A stretch of DNA of 64,000 nt, from the NCBI RefSeq assembly GCF_009914755.1, contig NC_060930.1; one strand, given 5' to 3'. This document shows, piece after piece, positions 1-11,200 of this stretch. The DNA is from the human T2T-CHM13v2.0 reference genome, Homo sapiens. Made by a program: the position numbers and the translations under genes. The notes beneath the pieces were generated by a model. That model ran no database searches. It was not told the origin of the DNA and saw nothing but the letters and a program-made list of their open reading frames with translations. Each line of letters begins with the position of its first letter. The first letter of the stretch is position 1.

Positions 1-1114
1 TACCCGGTACTTTCTGTAGCTAGCTCCTAATGATTCTTCAAGTTCAGTGCCTCCTCCTTAGAGGGGTTTTCCTTGATCTCCATCTAAATTAGATCTCCTT
101 CTTCCACATTTTCCCTATTCCATATGAACATTAAAACTTCATTCATAAAATAAACATTAACATTACATTGCCGCAGAAGCCAGAATCACTCTGATCACTT
201 ACTACAATCTGTCTTTGGATAGTAATTTGTGTGGTTATTTATTTAATTACTGACTTTTCTACCAAAATAACAGTTCTATTGATAACTGTTATTTTGGCCT
301 GGGGGTCCCCAAGGCCCTTTTAGGGGATACTTAAAGCATTTTGTAAGTCTGATTGCCTTTGCAAGGACCTCAAAGCACAGAATGTGCTTCGGGCTCTCTG
401 TGTATCATGTCTAGAAGAAAAGATATACCAGTTAGACAAGTTGACATATCAACCATCATTTTGAGATATAGTCATAAATGAAATAAAATGATCTTCCTCC
501 AGTTTGCAATGGAAGTGCAATTGTAGTTACTGATATCACAGCCCCAGAAATATCAATGAGGAACAGAACACAGTATAAGACATGAATACCACCAAACGAG
601 TATGTGCAAGGCTAGGAAGGGAGCAATCTGGGTGAGAAGTTTCAAGTGGTGCAGTGCTATTCACTCTCCCCAATAAACCTGTACATTTAAACATTTGCTT
701 TTCCCTATGATATTCTTTATCTGAGTTTCTCTCTCTGTCTCTCTCTCTCTTTTTAAAACTCTGATTTTGAACTACTTGCTCTTATATTTGTATTTGACTT
801 TGCTGCTGTCTTAATTCTCTTTAAGGTCAGTCCTGCCTGACCATTCAGAACACATGTGCCTATCCCTCTCTAATAGTTCCTATTTGCCTACTTAGAATTA
901 GAAATGGTCCTTCTAGAATCAGAGAAGAAAGAGAAAAGATTTAAAAATGAAGTGTAAAATCCATGGTATAAGTTTAATAAGCACGCTGGATGTAAAATAA
1001 ATAGTGGTTGTAAAAAAATGGCTTTGTGGACATCATTTTAGTGTGAAAAGGACTGCAATTTATAGTCTGGACAACTTGCATACCTGCTCCATTACAACAA
1101 TTTAACTGATGAGA

Positions 1115-1560
1115 CATAGTGGGCTGAATGATGACCCCAAAAAGATATGTCCATGATTTAATCCCTGGAGGCTGTGAATATTGTGGCAAAAGATATGATT
1201 AAATTAAGAGAGGAGGAGTTTATCCTGGATTATCCATGTGAGCTCTAAATGTAATCACATGCCTTTTCATAAGAGAGAGTTTTGAGACACACGCCAAGAG
1301 AGAAGAGAGGAGGGGAAAAGGCAAAGTAGCTGCAGTGGCAGGGATCAGGGTGATGTGGTCACAAGCAAAGGAATACCTATAGCCAGAAGAAGCTGAAAAG
1401 GCAAGAATGGATTCTTTTGCAGAGTATCTAGAGGCAGCATGGCCTTGACAATATGTTGATTTCAGACTTCTGAACTCCAGAATTGCGAGAGAATAAACGT
1501 CTGTTGTGTTGTCACCCAATTTGTGGTAATTTGTTATGACAGCCCCAGAAAACTAATAAA
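1115..1560 (+). mobile_element. MaLR solo LTR, MLT1C-like
   Basis: Starts 'tagtgggctgaatgatgaccccaaaaagatatgtcc'; ends with the MLT1 3' motif 'ttgtggtaatttgttatgacagccccagaaaactaata'; AATAAA near 1493. Confidence 0.8.
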
Positions 1561-1699
1561 CAAGATAAACATTAAAGCCACACTATCACATTACTTTTGT
1601 TTTCTTGAGGTTCAATTTGTGTGTGTGTGTGCATGTGTGTGTGCGTGTAATTCAATTGAAGAAATGTGAAGCCCAAATTACATGACACATATGAGTAAA

Positions 1700-2320
1700 G
1701 TCTGAGCAGAGAATATGTGTTATATCTCTTTCCTATAGACACACACATTTATAGTATGTAAGATGCTTCAATTAGCAAAAAGTGTTTTTAATGTTGAGAG
1801 ACCTGTTGATTACACCCATGTAGGCATTAAAACTCCTTTCACAAAATAAATATCCCTTTGAGGCAGAAGGAACCAGCACTCTATGAATGCATAAATTGAA
1901 CGTGATCATGATCATTGTGCTGTAAACATCTGTTTACATTTCCTAGGATCTTGCCATGATTTCCACATTTTGTCTAATTTGTCATGACACCATCTGTTTG
2001 AAGATAGATTGATCACTGGTGGTTGGATTATTGGGTAAGTAGTGCTTATGTTTATTATGATGTACCTAACAATACCTTAAAATTATATTTAATGTGAATT
2101 AATTTTTAGGTGACAGTGGTTATCCCAGAGGTCCCATTTGCTTACAGCAGTGGGAACCACAGTAAAACAAAGATACAATTTTATAATCAGTTGAATACAA
2201 CACATCCCAGAAATAAGATTTCAAAATTCAAGCCTAAACCTCTTTGGATGAAAAAAAGGCTCCATTTTGTACCTTTGATAGGATACACTCCAGAAGTCTT
2301 GTGACCTTGATACTTACCAA
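1700..2320 (+). pseudogene. Fossil PIF/Harbinger DDE transposase fragment (HARBI1-like) with a 75-nt intron at 2035-2109
   Basis: One frame from 1721 reads YISFL*THTFIVCKMLQLAKSVFNVERPVDYTHVGIKTPFTK*ISL*GRRNQHSMNA*IERDHDHCAVNICLHFLGSCHDFHILSNLS*HHLFEDRLITGGW. After a 1-nt shift it reads LLG, then the intron, then DSGYP, followed in shifted frames by HLLT, FYNQ and YTPE. This is collinear with Harbinger motifs YIxFP, GFPNVxGAIDCTHV, NRKxxHSxNVQxxCD, PGSxHD, GWLLGDSGYP, LLTP, RYN and YxPE. Confidence 0.85.
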
Positions 2321-3227
2321 TGACAGAGTTAAGTTGCTGGTTGAGTAAGTATCCATCTGAGCTGTGGCAGAGCCCTGGGCAGCCCCAAGGCTAAGGCTTC
2401 TCAAGTCCTGAGTTTGCTGAGGTGCATTTGTTAACAGAGACCAGTCTTAGATCTATAGGCCACGGTGAGTTTTATCTCAATTTGATATGTTTGAGGGTGT
2501 CTTTTAATCTTTGGAAGTATATTTCTGAAATGTAAAATTTTAAAATACTCTGTTATCAATCAAAGAGTTGCTTTCGATTCTTATGCTAAAATTTTAGGTT
2601 ATTTTAATTCAAATATTAAATTTTTATTTCCTGACCAAATTGATTCTAATAAGACTAAAACTTCTATGCTATTGTAAAACTTGCTATTATAATCTGCTTA
2701 AATTTTTAAGGATTTTTATCCATCCTTTGATCCTACAGTCTTAAGGCTATATGTCTTCATGGACATAATTAAAAATTTACCAAAAATAAATTAATTTTGA
2801 ATAATATCTGTTCAATATGACAACACTTGAAGCTAAGATTCAATGTTACTGTACCATATTCTTTATAGAGATATAGAATTCTAACTGACACATATTAAGC
2901 TGGAATTAAAAGTTTACACACACACACACTCACACACTTGAGCATTATACCAAATGATTATACTTAGCTATTTATTCACCTCAGGTTATAATATCTTCAT
3001 GCTAACCAGCATTAAATTCCCCACCCCTAAATAGTCCACTGAATTTTAAGTGACAGAAATACTTTACAGGCATAATTACAAAGTAAAAAGAGATGGTTAT
3101 GAGCAAACATAGAACTCATTTTTTCAAAACACTGTTGAACTATGCAATTGTAGGTGTTTTTTAACTAGTCAAAATAATTCACCACCATGCCTTAATTCCT
3201 ACTCTACACTCTCTTTGCCATTGCTGC

Positions 3228-3697
3228 TGTAACCCAGGGTCCTGGGGTTTTGGGGTGTACACTCTGAAAAAGTACCCACTTGTAACTCTTACTCCTTGAG
3301 TTCTTGTTTTTTCAAAAAAGTTCCAGGAAGAAGCTCAGTCCATAGATGCCTGAGTTGGAGATAACCTTTGGCAAGTTCCCCTCATTACCATCACCATACT
3401 AAAATCCCCGCCCAGGGAGGTGATTTTTCACCATTTTTTATACATGCAATGTATGTAGAAGCATGATTGGCAACAGTGCCTGAGCTGCCTTTACTCTACC
3501 TCTACAATGACTCAACTCAGCAGCCCAATAAAAGCTCTGTTTTCACAGATGTTCTGGGAGATACCACTTTGGAAACTATCCCTGGTGTCCTCCTTACTTG
3601 TTGAAAGTAATAAAATCCCCTTGTTAAATCCTCCTTGGTTGTGGTCACTGGATTGCCACACACCAAGTGATTAAACCCACCCATAGTGTAGATAACA
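3228..3697 (+). mobile_element. ERV solo LTR (family uncertain)
   Basis: TGTAAC...TAACA termini, ~470 bp, AATAAA in the 3' half, imperfect flanking duplication CTGC/CTAC. Confidence 0.7.
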
Positions 3698-4599
3698 CTA
3701 CCAATAGTAAAATGATATTCTCCCTGCAAACATTATTACCAAATCTATGGTTTGGAGTGCTCCTCCCCTCATGAATTCAGTGAGGATTTGTTCTAACAGC
3801 CAGCATTCCACGTATCCCCATAACCTCCCAGAGCTATGGATGGATATGACCTGTCCATCCAATCCTTCCTCCTCTATTTAGCCCAGCCAAGGACACCTGT
3901 CTCCTTTTAGTTCACAAAGAGTTTTCCATTTGGGGTTGTAAGGTTGAGCTAATCACAATAAAAGAAGATTCTTGTGAAAAAATGAGATTAGGCCTCCCTG
4001 AAATAGCAAGGGAAAAGCCATGTATTTTGTCCCCCGTGTGACAGCTGCTGACATAGACTTGTCTTCCTATGGATACTCGGTAAGGAAGAATCTTCATGAC
4101 TCTTTTTTTCTCACTAGAGATTAAGATGTGAAGAGGAAAAGGATCACATGTTTGGGATCAAGTTGCTGTTCCCAGACTATGTAAATTGTTCTCAGCCATT
4201 CAGTAATAAGGACCAGCCATTCATCTCATTTTAGAGAAAGAATTAGTGAAGTCTAAAGGGAGAGAAAAGCAGGTGTTTCAAGATTTATGTGTGGATGATG
4301 CTAGCTTAAAAGGAAGATCTATTAGGTGCATCACAGCATGGAGATATCAATATGGTAGAGAGGAAGCTGGGATTAAGATAATTTTTTTGTTGTTTTTTAA
4401 TCCAAAGTTCACAAACTGAGCCACCTTGTGAAAGGAGAAACTGGTAGGTAATGTAGAGTGCAACAGAAGTGTTTATTGAGTATGGTCCTTGGATTCTCTG
4501 GGAAGAAAACAAATCCTAAAGAATTAATTTTCCAGGGAGGCCTTGACATAGCTGCTTCAGGAAAGTCATTGCAACATCAGGTTATATGAGTAGGAAAGA

Positions 4600-4905
4600 A
4601 GTTCAGGAGCAACGTATTGTTAATGTTAAGAACATGGATTCAGGAAGCAGGATGTCCAAATTTTCATCCAAGCTTCTACAGTAATTTGCTGAATGTTCAC
4701 AGGTAAGCTATTTTACCACTGATGGCTTCAGTATCCTCAGCAGTAAAACTGGGGCTGGGGAAGGGGCTGTGTGTGGCAGTATTAGAATTTAGGTGTGTGT
4801 GGCAGTGTTATAATTTATCTTCTATGTGTTGTAAAGATTTATGAATATTTTATGTGTCAGATATTTAGCACAGTACCGAAATATAGGTAGCTCTCAGTAG
4901 TTGTT
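4600..4905. mobile_element. MIR fragment (degenerate)
   Basis: MIR-like 'ggcttcagtatcctcagcagtaaaactgggg' and 'atttagcacagtacc...taggtagctctcagta'. Confidence 0.55.
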
Positions 4906-5007
4906 AAAAATTATTTTTATTTGTATTATTATTTTAGGCTAAAAAGGGGAGTTGGGAGTTACTACTGGTTCAATGGTTTGACTAACACTCCTCATGTTGT
5001 CACACGG

Positions 5008-5450
5008 TAAGGGAGGAGACCACCCCTCATATTGTCTTATGCCCAATTTCTGCCTCCAAAGAAAGAAGAAGTAAAAACTAAAAGGCAGAAATGAAATCCA
5101 CAAGCAGACAGTCTGGCGCCACACCCTGGGCCTGGTAGTTAAAGATGGACACCTGACCTAATCGGTTATTTGCATAAGAAAAGCACTGTAAAGATCCCTG
5201 TCCTGTTCTGTTCCGTTCTAATTACCGGTGCATGCAGCCCCCAGTCACGTACCCCCTGCTTGCTCAATCGATCACGACCCTCTCACACGGACCCCCTTAG
5301 AGCTGTGAGCCCTTAAAAGGGACAGGAATTGCTCACTCAGGGACCTCGGTTGTTGGAGATGTGAGTCTTGCTGAAGCTCCCAGCCAAATAAAGCCCCTCC
5401 TTCTCTAACTCGGTGTCTGAGGGGTTTTGTCTGCAGCTTGTCCTGCTACA
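5008..5450 (+). mobile_element. LTR2-family (HERV-E/Harlequin ERV1) solo LTR
   Basis: Diagnostic start TAAGGGAGGAGACCACCCCTCATATTGTCTTATGCCC; end GTCCTGCTACA; 4-bp TSD ACGG (5004-5007) / ATGG (5451-5454), differing by one CpG transition. Confidence 0.9.
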
Positions 5451-6059
5451 ATGGAATTATTATTTTGTTGTAGGGTGGAGAGGGTTTTAATTCTATTATA
5501 TCCTCCATGATTTAGCATGAGCTTAGAGGTTAGACAATGCTTTACATCTGTCCTTGTTCATCTGGGTTCATTACTGAACCAATCTGAGAGTCAGTTACCT
5601 CATCAGTTAAATAAGATAAGTATATAAACTGCCCAACACTTAGTAGGGATTCAGTATTGTTTATTTTCATGCATCCTTCCTCTCAACTTTGTACTTATAC
5701 TAAGAAAAAGTAATAGCAAGTGACAGAAGCCACAACAATAGAATCTTAGAAATAGAAAAATGTTTGTGCTTGGACCAATCTACATGCTAAATAGCTACAA
5801 CTTCTTAGGCTCTCAGTAAATTGTGGTTCCTTGGGGAGCAGCCTAGGCTACTTAAGGTTAATCACTGGTGCTTAGAGTTAATTGTTATCAATCTGTTTTT
5901 CAAAGGCTGCTCTGCTGGAGTTTCCATACATAGCAATCAGTTCCAACAGCAGCTCCAGGCCTAAATGAGTTCTTCTAATACTTTTCCCATAATCAATTTT
6001 CAAAAATATATCAAACACAGTAAAAAATAGACCTCAACATTAAACTTGTCATCTAGTAT

Positions 6060-6202
6060 GTAGTGTTTCAAACACGAGAGTGCATCAGCATCGCCTAGAG
6101 GGCTTGTTAAAACACGTTGCTGGACCTCAACCTCAAAATTTCTGATTCAGCATGTCTGGAGTGGGAGCAAACCCAACTGCTACTGATGCTGCTGCTCCTG
6201 GA
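6060..6202. mobile_element. MER5A hAT DNA transposon remnant
   Basis: 'gcatcagcatcgcctagagggcttgttaaaacac...ttctgattcagca...tgatgctgctgctcc' resembles MER5A with an internal deletion. Confidence 0.7.
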
Positions 6203-6559
6203 AAAGGAAAAAAGTTTTTAGGGTTTGTAGAATTTGTAAAGAAGCAAGGGCGATAAGCGTATCTCTTTTGAGGGTTCTAACTTGACTAAAATTGACCAGC
6301 TTCTTTGTCATTACCAAGCATTCACTGCCACCCATGCACTGCTACTCACACAGCCCATCTCTTCTACAGCCTTTTCAACTCTTTCTACATGACCTATCAG
6401 GTTGCTTCTTTGCTCATGGAAGAATATGAGTCGAAATCATTTCTAAAGCAGAGGTACGTGCCCAGAAGCTCTCTTCTTCTCTGGACTGTCCAATCTCAGA
6501 GCTTCATGGTCCCCTTGGCCATCTGCACCTTAAACTTTGGGGTTCATCACCTCTGATCC

Positions 6560-7058
6560 TGTAGTCTTAAACAGAGATGCATTTTTTTCAGAGAGTGGAG
6601 GCATAACCAAGATTGCCTTACTGTTACCCTCCACTTAACTAATTTTTCCCTTTTCTTAGAGCATTTAAAATGGAAAATTTTTCTCTGACTCTTTGAGATG
6701 TAAATCTATAAGCCAGAAAGGTCTTTCTCAAGGACCTAGGAGCCATCCCTTTGAAATGCAGTCATTAAGAGAAACAGTGCCCCTATCTCCCTATCTGGGA
6801 GAGTAGGAGCCTAACTTTGACAAGCACCAATTAGCAAGCAAAATGGCCATATCACATTAGCCAACCTCCCTCCTAAGGTCTTCCAGGTACTTTTTCCTTT
6901 AGCTCACCCCAGCATTCAAAAGTTCTCTTGCCTTTTGTTTTAGCAGAGTTGAGCTCACTTTCTTTCACAGATTGCAACAGACTTGACCCCTATTACAATA
7001 GTCTTGAATAAAATCTTCCTTGCCTCTTAACTCTGTCCAGTGCAATTTTCCTTTGACA
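6560..7058 (+). mobile_element. ERV1 solo LTR, MER34/MER39-like
   Basis: 'tctcaaggacctaggagccatccctttgaaatg' and 'gtaggagcctaacttt'; AATAAA at ~7007; ends TTGACA. The start is approximate. Confidence 0.65.
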
Positions 7059-9570
7059 GGAGACTCTCCCTTTCTGACTTGGATGAATTTGTCCCTTCTC
7101 TGATTTATTGAACAAGCCTGTTTCTTGCTCTCAACTCTCACCTACATTTCTGTTTAGTTGTTCCTGAATTTGAGCTTGAGATGCTCAAGACTTCATCCCA
7201 GCTACTAAATAAGGAGACAGATTCCATGGCACATTTTAGCATTTGGGGCCACAGCACCAGTCTCCTGATGGCATAATGAGATCACGGCATATCCCATAAA
7301 TATTGCATGCTTTTCTGGCCGTCAGTGCCAGGCCCTGATAACACAAAGACAAATAATGTGGCCCCTTCTTCTGGTTGTAAAATATATTTCCCTGGAGTGG
7401 TGGAGAATAATACTATACCCAAACGCTATGTCCAGGTAGACTAGCTGTTTGTAAGAGGAAGGTGACTACATACTCTGACTTCCCTGATAAACAGAAGGCA
7501 AAGAACAACTTGAGAAACTGGCTCAACCACTTATCTGGATGGGAAGAGTGACTAAAGACTGAGAAAGTATCTACCTTCACTGGCAGCCAGTCATTGATTC
7601 TGTACGAGGCTTTCTGATTATTCCCTAATACTAAGGTGATCTTATAATTTATCAGCCTATTGTGACACTTTTGAGAAGAATGGCATGCTACTAAACACAC
7701 TGGGACAACACATATAAACAGAACTATCATGAACAAAATTGGATTTAGGATAATCTTATCTGATACCAACCATGAAGACATTTGTAATAAGTAGTGATGA
7801 GGGAGGTGGTTCGTTTCTATCCTCACCAGTGCTCATACACTCACAGACAAACACAGAGCCATGAATAATGTAAACTCAGGTCTCATTTCAGGATAATGTA
7901 AACATTAGGAGGACACCCCTTATATATACCCCTGAGGAACCCACAGCTTCAATCCCTGTGTGGCAAAGGTCCTACTGGGCTTTCTTTCTCATGCCTCCAT
8001 ATGTACGTACCTCCTTTAATCTCTTTTGAACACTGAAAGCCCCACCTCCTCTTCAATCGCAGCCCCTCTGACCTATACTTTATTACAGATGGTGAGGAAA
8101 GGTAGTCTGGGCCCAGGAAAAATATCTAAAGAAGAATGAAAAGAAAATGGTGGAAGATTGGCCATTTCACATTGTCAGTTTAATTTCCTGCCTGTTTATC
8201 TTTGAGCATTACTTAAATGGAGTCTCTTTTTCTAAATCTGAGTCACATTATAAATCTCTCTCTTCTATTAGCTCAGCCTGGAAAAATCCTAACCTGGAGG
8301 AGGGAAAGGGGTTATCACCACCACCTACCCTCCCCACCTTAGTCTGAAATTTCCCTTGACTCTCAGAAGAGGTCAAAGCAGCACTGATACAAGCTCTGTG
8401 TTCCTCCCAGGGTATGTGCAAATACGAACTTATTAATTCTGTCCTCATTTTTGTTGAGCTGTAAAAACTACTTAATATATGGCTTTGTTTTCTTATTCAA
8501 TGATTCAATTATCTTGCCTAGTGTAGATCACTAGAAGTGGATGTCATTTCATCCATTTTCCCAGCACCGAGTAATGGGCAGAGGGTCCTGAGTATCAGGA
8601 CCTCTGAATAAATGGCTGATGTTCTTTCCTAAAAAGCTATTGAGACTGGCTCAGACAGTCAGACTTTCACAAATCTGAGACTGGGAGAAAGTGCTTGCTT
8701 TGCAGAAGCCACTAGAAGCATGGGACTATATAGTGATCTCAGCAAAGGTGCCAACATCAGTAAGCCAGGACAAGAAGCTGTGTAGAGAGGAGGGCTGGGT
8801 AAAGCTCTCAGTACCCAGAGTACCGTGGCAGTTAATCTGAAGGCCACAGAAGTATAATCATGGGTTTAGTGGGCAAGTGAGCCAATAGTTCAGAGCAAAT
8901 GCCAGAGGCTCGGATTTTCTTATAGTTGGTTACCTAGGGGCTTCTGCCCAAGCCACGAAGATAAGCTCCCGCTTTCAAATGACGAGAGATACAGCAACAT
9001 TATTGTCTGTTAAAATCATCAAAACTCTTCCCATTTTCAGGATTAAGCCAGCAAACACCATAGCTCAGCACTCAGTTACATCATGTCCTAACCAAATTTT
9101 CTAGACTCTTGGTCTTTTCCCGTGCATTCACTCAGTACTCCAAGAATGTTGGTCTACTCAAGTTTTTTTAAATAAGCTACTTTTTTTTAATTGCCCTATG
9201 ACTTTGTCTATGCAAAGCCTTAATTAACTTCCACGAATCTGAAAGCTTGCAATAGCTATTGCACTATTTTTTTACCAAAATGTGTTGGTGTCTATAAGGT
9301 GCTTGATAAGATGAATTCACTAAATCCATGAATGCTGCTGTTGCTTCCTGCACTGTGTATATTCTGAGTCCTGAATGGTCAAATCCATGTATGTTTCATC
9401 TTTGATCAGGATTTCTGTTGCAGTTCTATCCCATGACACCATAATTACTATTTGTAGAGCTACTTTTACTCCTGGACTGGGAGATTTTGGGTGGAAGAGA
9501 CAATGATTATTCTGTGTGATGGTTGATTTTGTGTGTCAACTTGACTAGGCCAAATAACTGGTTAAATATT

Positions 9571-10056
9571 TGTAGGTGTCAAGAGAAAACTTCATCTTCA
9601 ACTTTTGAAGATTCACTAAAAAATCAACACACAAAAGGCAGATTAATCAGAGAAAAGGCATACAAATTATTTAATGTGTACATGGGGAGAATCACAAAGT
9701 GATAATTCCCCCACCCCCAACAGAGGTCAGAAGCTTATATGTCATCCTGGCACCACAGGTTTTGGGGGGAGGAAGGAGAAAAGGAATTCTGTTGAGGGGC
9801 TTCCTAGGGAGAATGAATGGATCAGGTAACAGAGACGATATCTGGTGAAAGTGTCTCTTCAGGCGTAGTTACAATCTTGGTCTTACAGGGAGGGGAACAA
9901 AAAACAATTATTCTCCTTGGTTGGTCTGGATCTTAGGCAGATAAAGAAACTTCAGTTTCACAGATGGCAGGAGATGAGGAAGTCAGAGAACACTTGAGGT
10001 TTTCTCCAGTATGTCAAAGCACCATATTTTGGGGTATCAGCCTATGAGCCCCAACC
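9571..10056 (-). mobile_element. MER31-like ERV1 LTR nested in MLT2
   Basis: Reverse strand starts GTTGGGGCTCATAGGCTGATACCCCAAAATATGGTGCTTTGACATA, a MER31/MER4-group start; MLT2 sequence resumes on both sides. Confidence 0.7.
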
Positions 10057-10481
10057 AATGATTTATGGGTGTGTCTGTGAGAGTGTTTCCAAAAAGATTA
10101 GTGTTTGGACTGGTGAACAGAATAAAGCAGATGACCCTCCTCCATGTAGGTGTGCATCATCTATTCCATTGAGGGCCTGATTAGAACAAAAAGATGGTGA
10201 AAAATTAAATGCACTCTCCTCATGACTGATGGAGCTGAAACATTGGTCTTCTCCTGCCCTTGGCACTGCTGGTTCTCAGGCCTTCAGAATGGGACTGAAA
10301 TCTATAACACCAGCTCTCCAAATCTTAGACCTTTTAACCACACTACGGCTATCCTGGGTGTCCAGCTTATAGAAGGCAGATAGTGGGACTTCTCGGCCTC
10401 CATAATCATGTGAGTGCATTCCTTATAATAAATATTATGTTATGCATAATATTAATATGAATAATATTTATACCTTACTGG

Positions 10482-10483
<2 letters not shown>

Positions 10484-10520
<37 letters not shown>

Positions 10521-10530
10521 TGTGTGTGTG
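10484..10530. repeat. (TG)n microsatellite
   Basis: ~23 TG units with one interruption. Confidence 0.95.
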
Positions 10531-10999
10531 AGATTCTGTTTCTCTGGAGAACCCTGACTGATATACTCTGTAACCCAGGCACCTAGCACGTTACTGTTGC
10601 AAGGAAGGTGTTTTATAAATATTAAATATTCACACCCAAAGCTGATGTGGGTCCATGCTGCCTAAAAGAACTTAAATATAAAGCAAAAATACATTATAAT
10701 ATAAATTAGAATATATAAATATATAAAAAGTTAAAAATATAATATAAAATAAATATTTAAATATAACATACATTTATTTTTAAATTATTTAAGGAAGTTA
10801 TAAGTTATAAAAGTATTAATTATTTTCAGATGAGCACCTACTGAAAAAGAAGAGTCCTCTTGGAAAACCACTTCGAGAAATGTAATGGGTTCTAAGACTA
10901 GTTAAAGAAATAAAGAACAAGACCTATAAAATCAAGGCAAAGGTGAGCAGCAATTTAACAGATGAAATTCCTGGAAGAAAATCTCCTGTATTGAGAATA

Positions 11000-11200
11000 G
11001 TTGTTAGAATTGGGTAGTAGTAGCAGGTTCAAGTTCTGTCACCTGCATGCATTAGCTGTACTTATGAACAATTTGCTTGAATTTTCTGAGCTTCAATATC
11101 TTTGACTGTGGAATGATGTTAACACTATCTGTACTGATAGGTTGTTTTGAGAACTAAATAAGATAAGGACTCTACAAGGTACATAAATGAATGTCCAATA
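11000..11200. mobile_element. MIR fragment
   Basis: 'ggttcaagttctgtc...ttagctgtacttatgaacaatttgcttgaattttctgagcttc...ggttgttttgagaactaaataagataa'. Confidence 0.55.

Larger units (their letters stand above)
9515..10565 (+). mobile_element. MLT2 (ERVL) LTR interrupted by another LTR
   Basis: Starts TGTGATGGTTGATTTTGTGTGTCAACTTGACTAGGCC; ends CTGTTTCTCTGGAGAACCCTGACTGATATA; TSD TTCTG/CTCTG; typical internal (TG)n. Confidence 0.85.

Noticed and set aside
4751-4817. G-tracts and an imperfect 26-bp duplication
   Set aside because: Only three G4 runs; the duplication is old and inside a MIR.
10620-10825. Extremely AT-rich tract
   Set aside because: Low complexity with no periodic structure.
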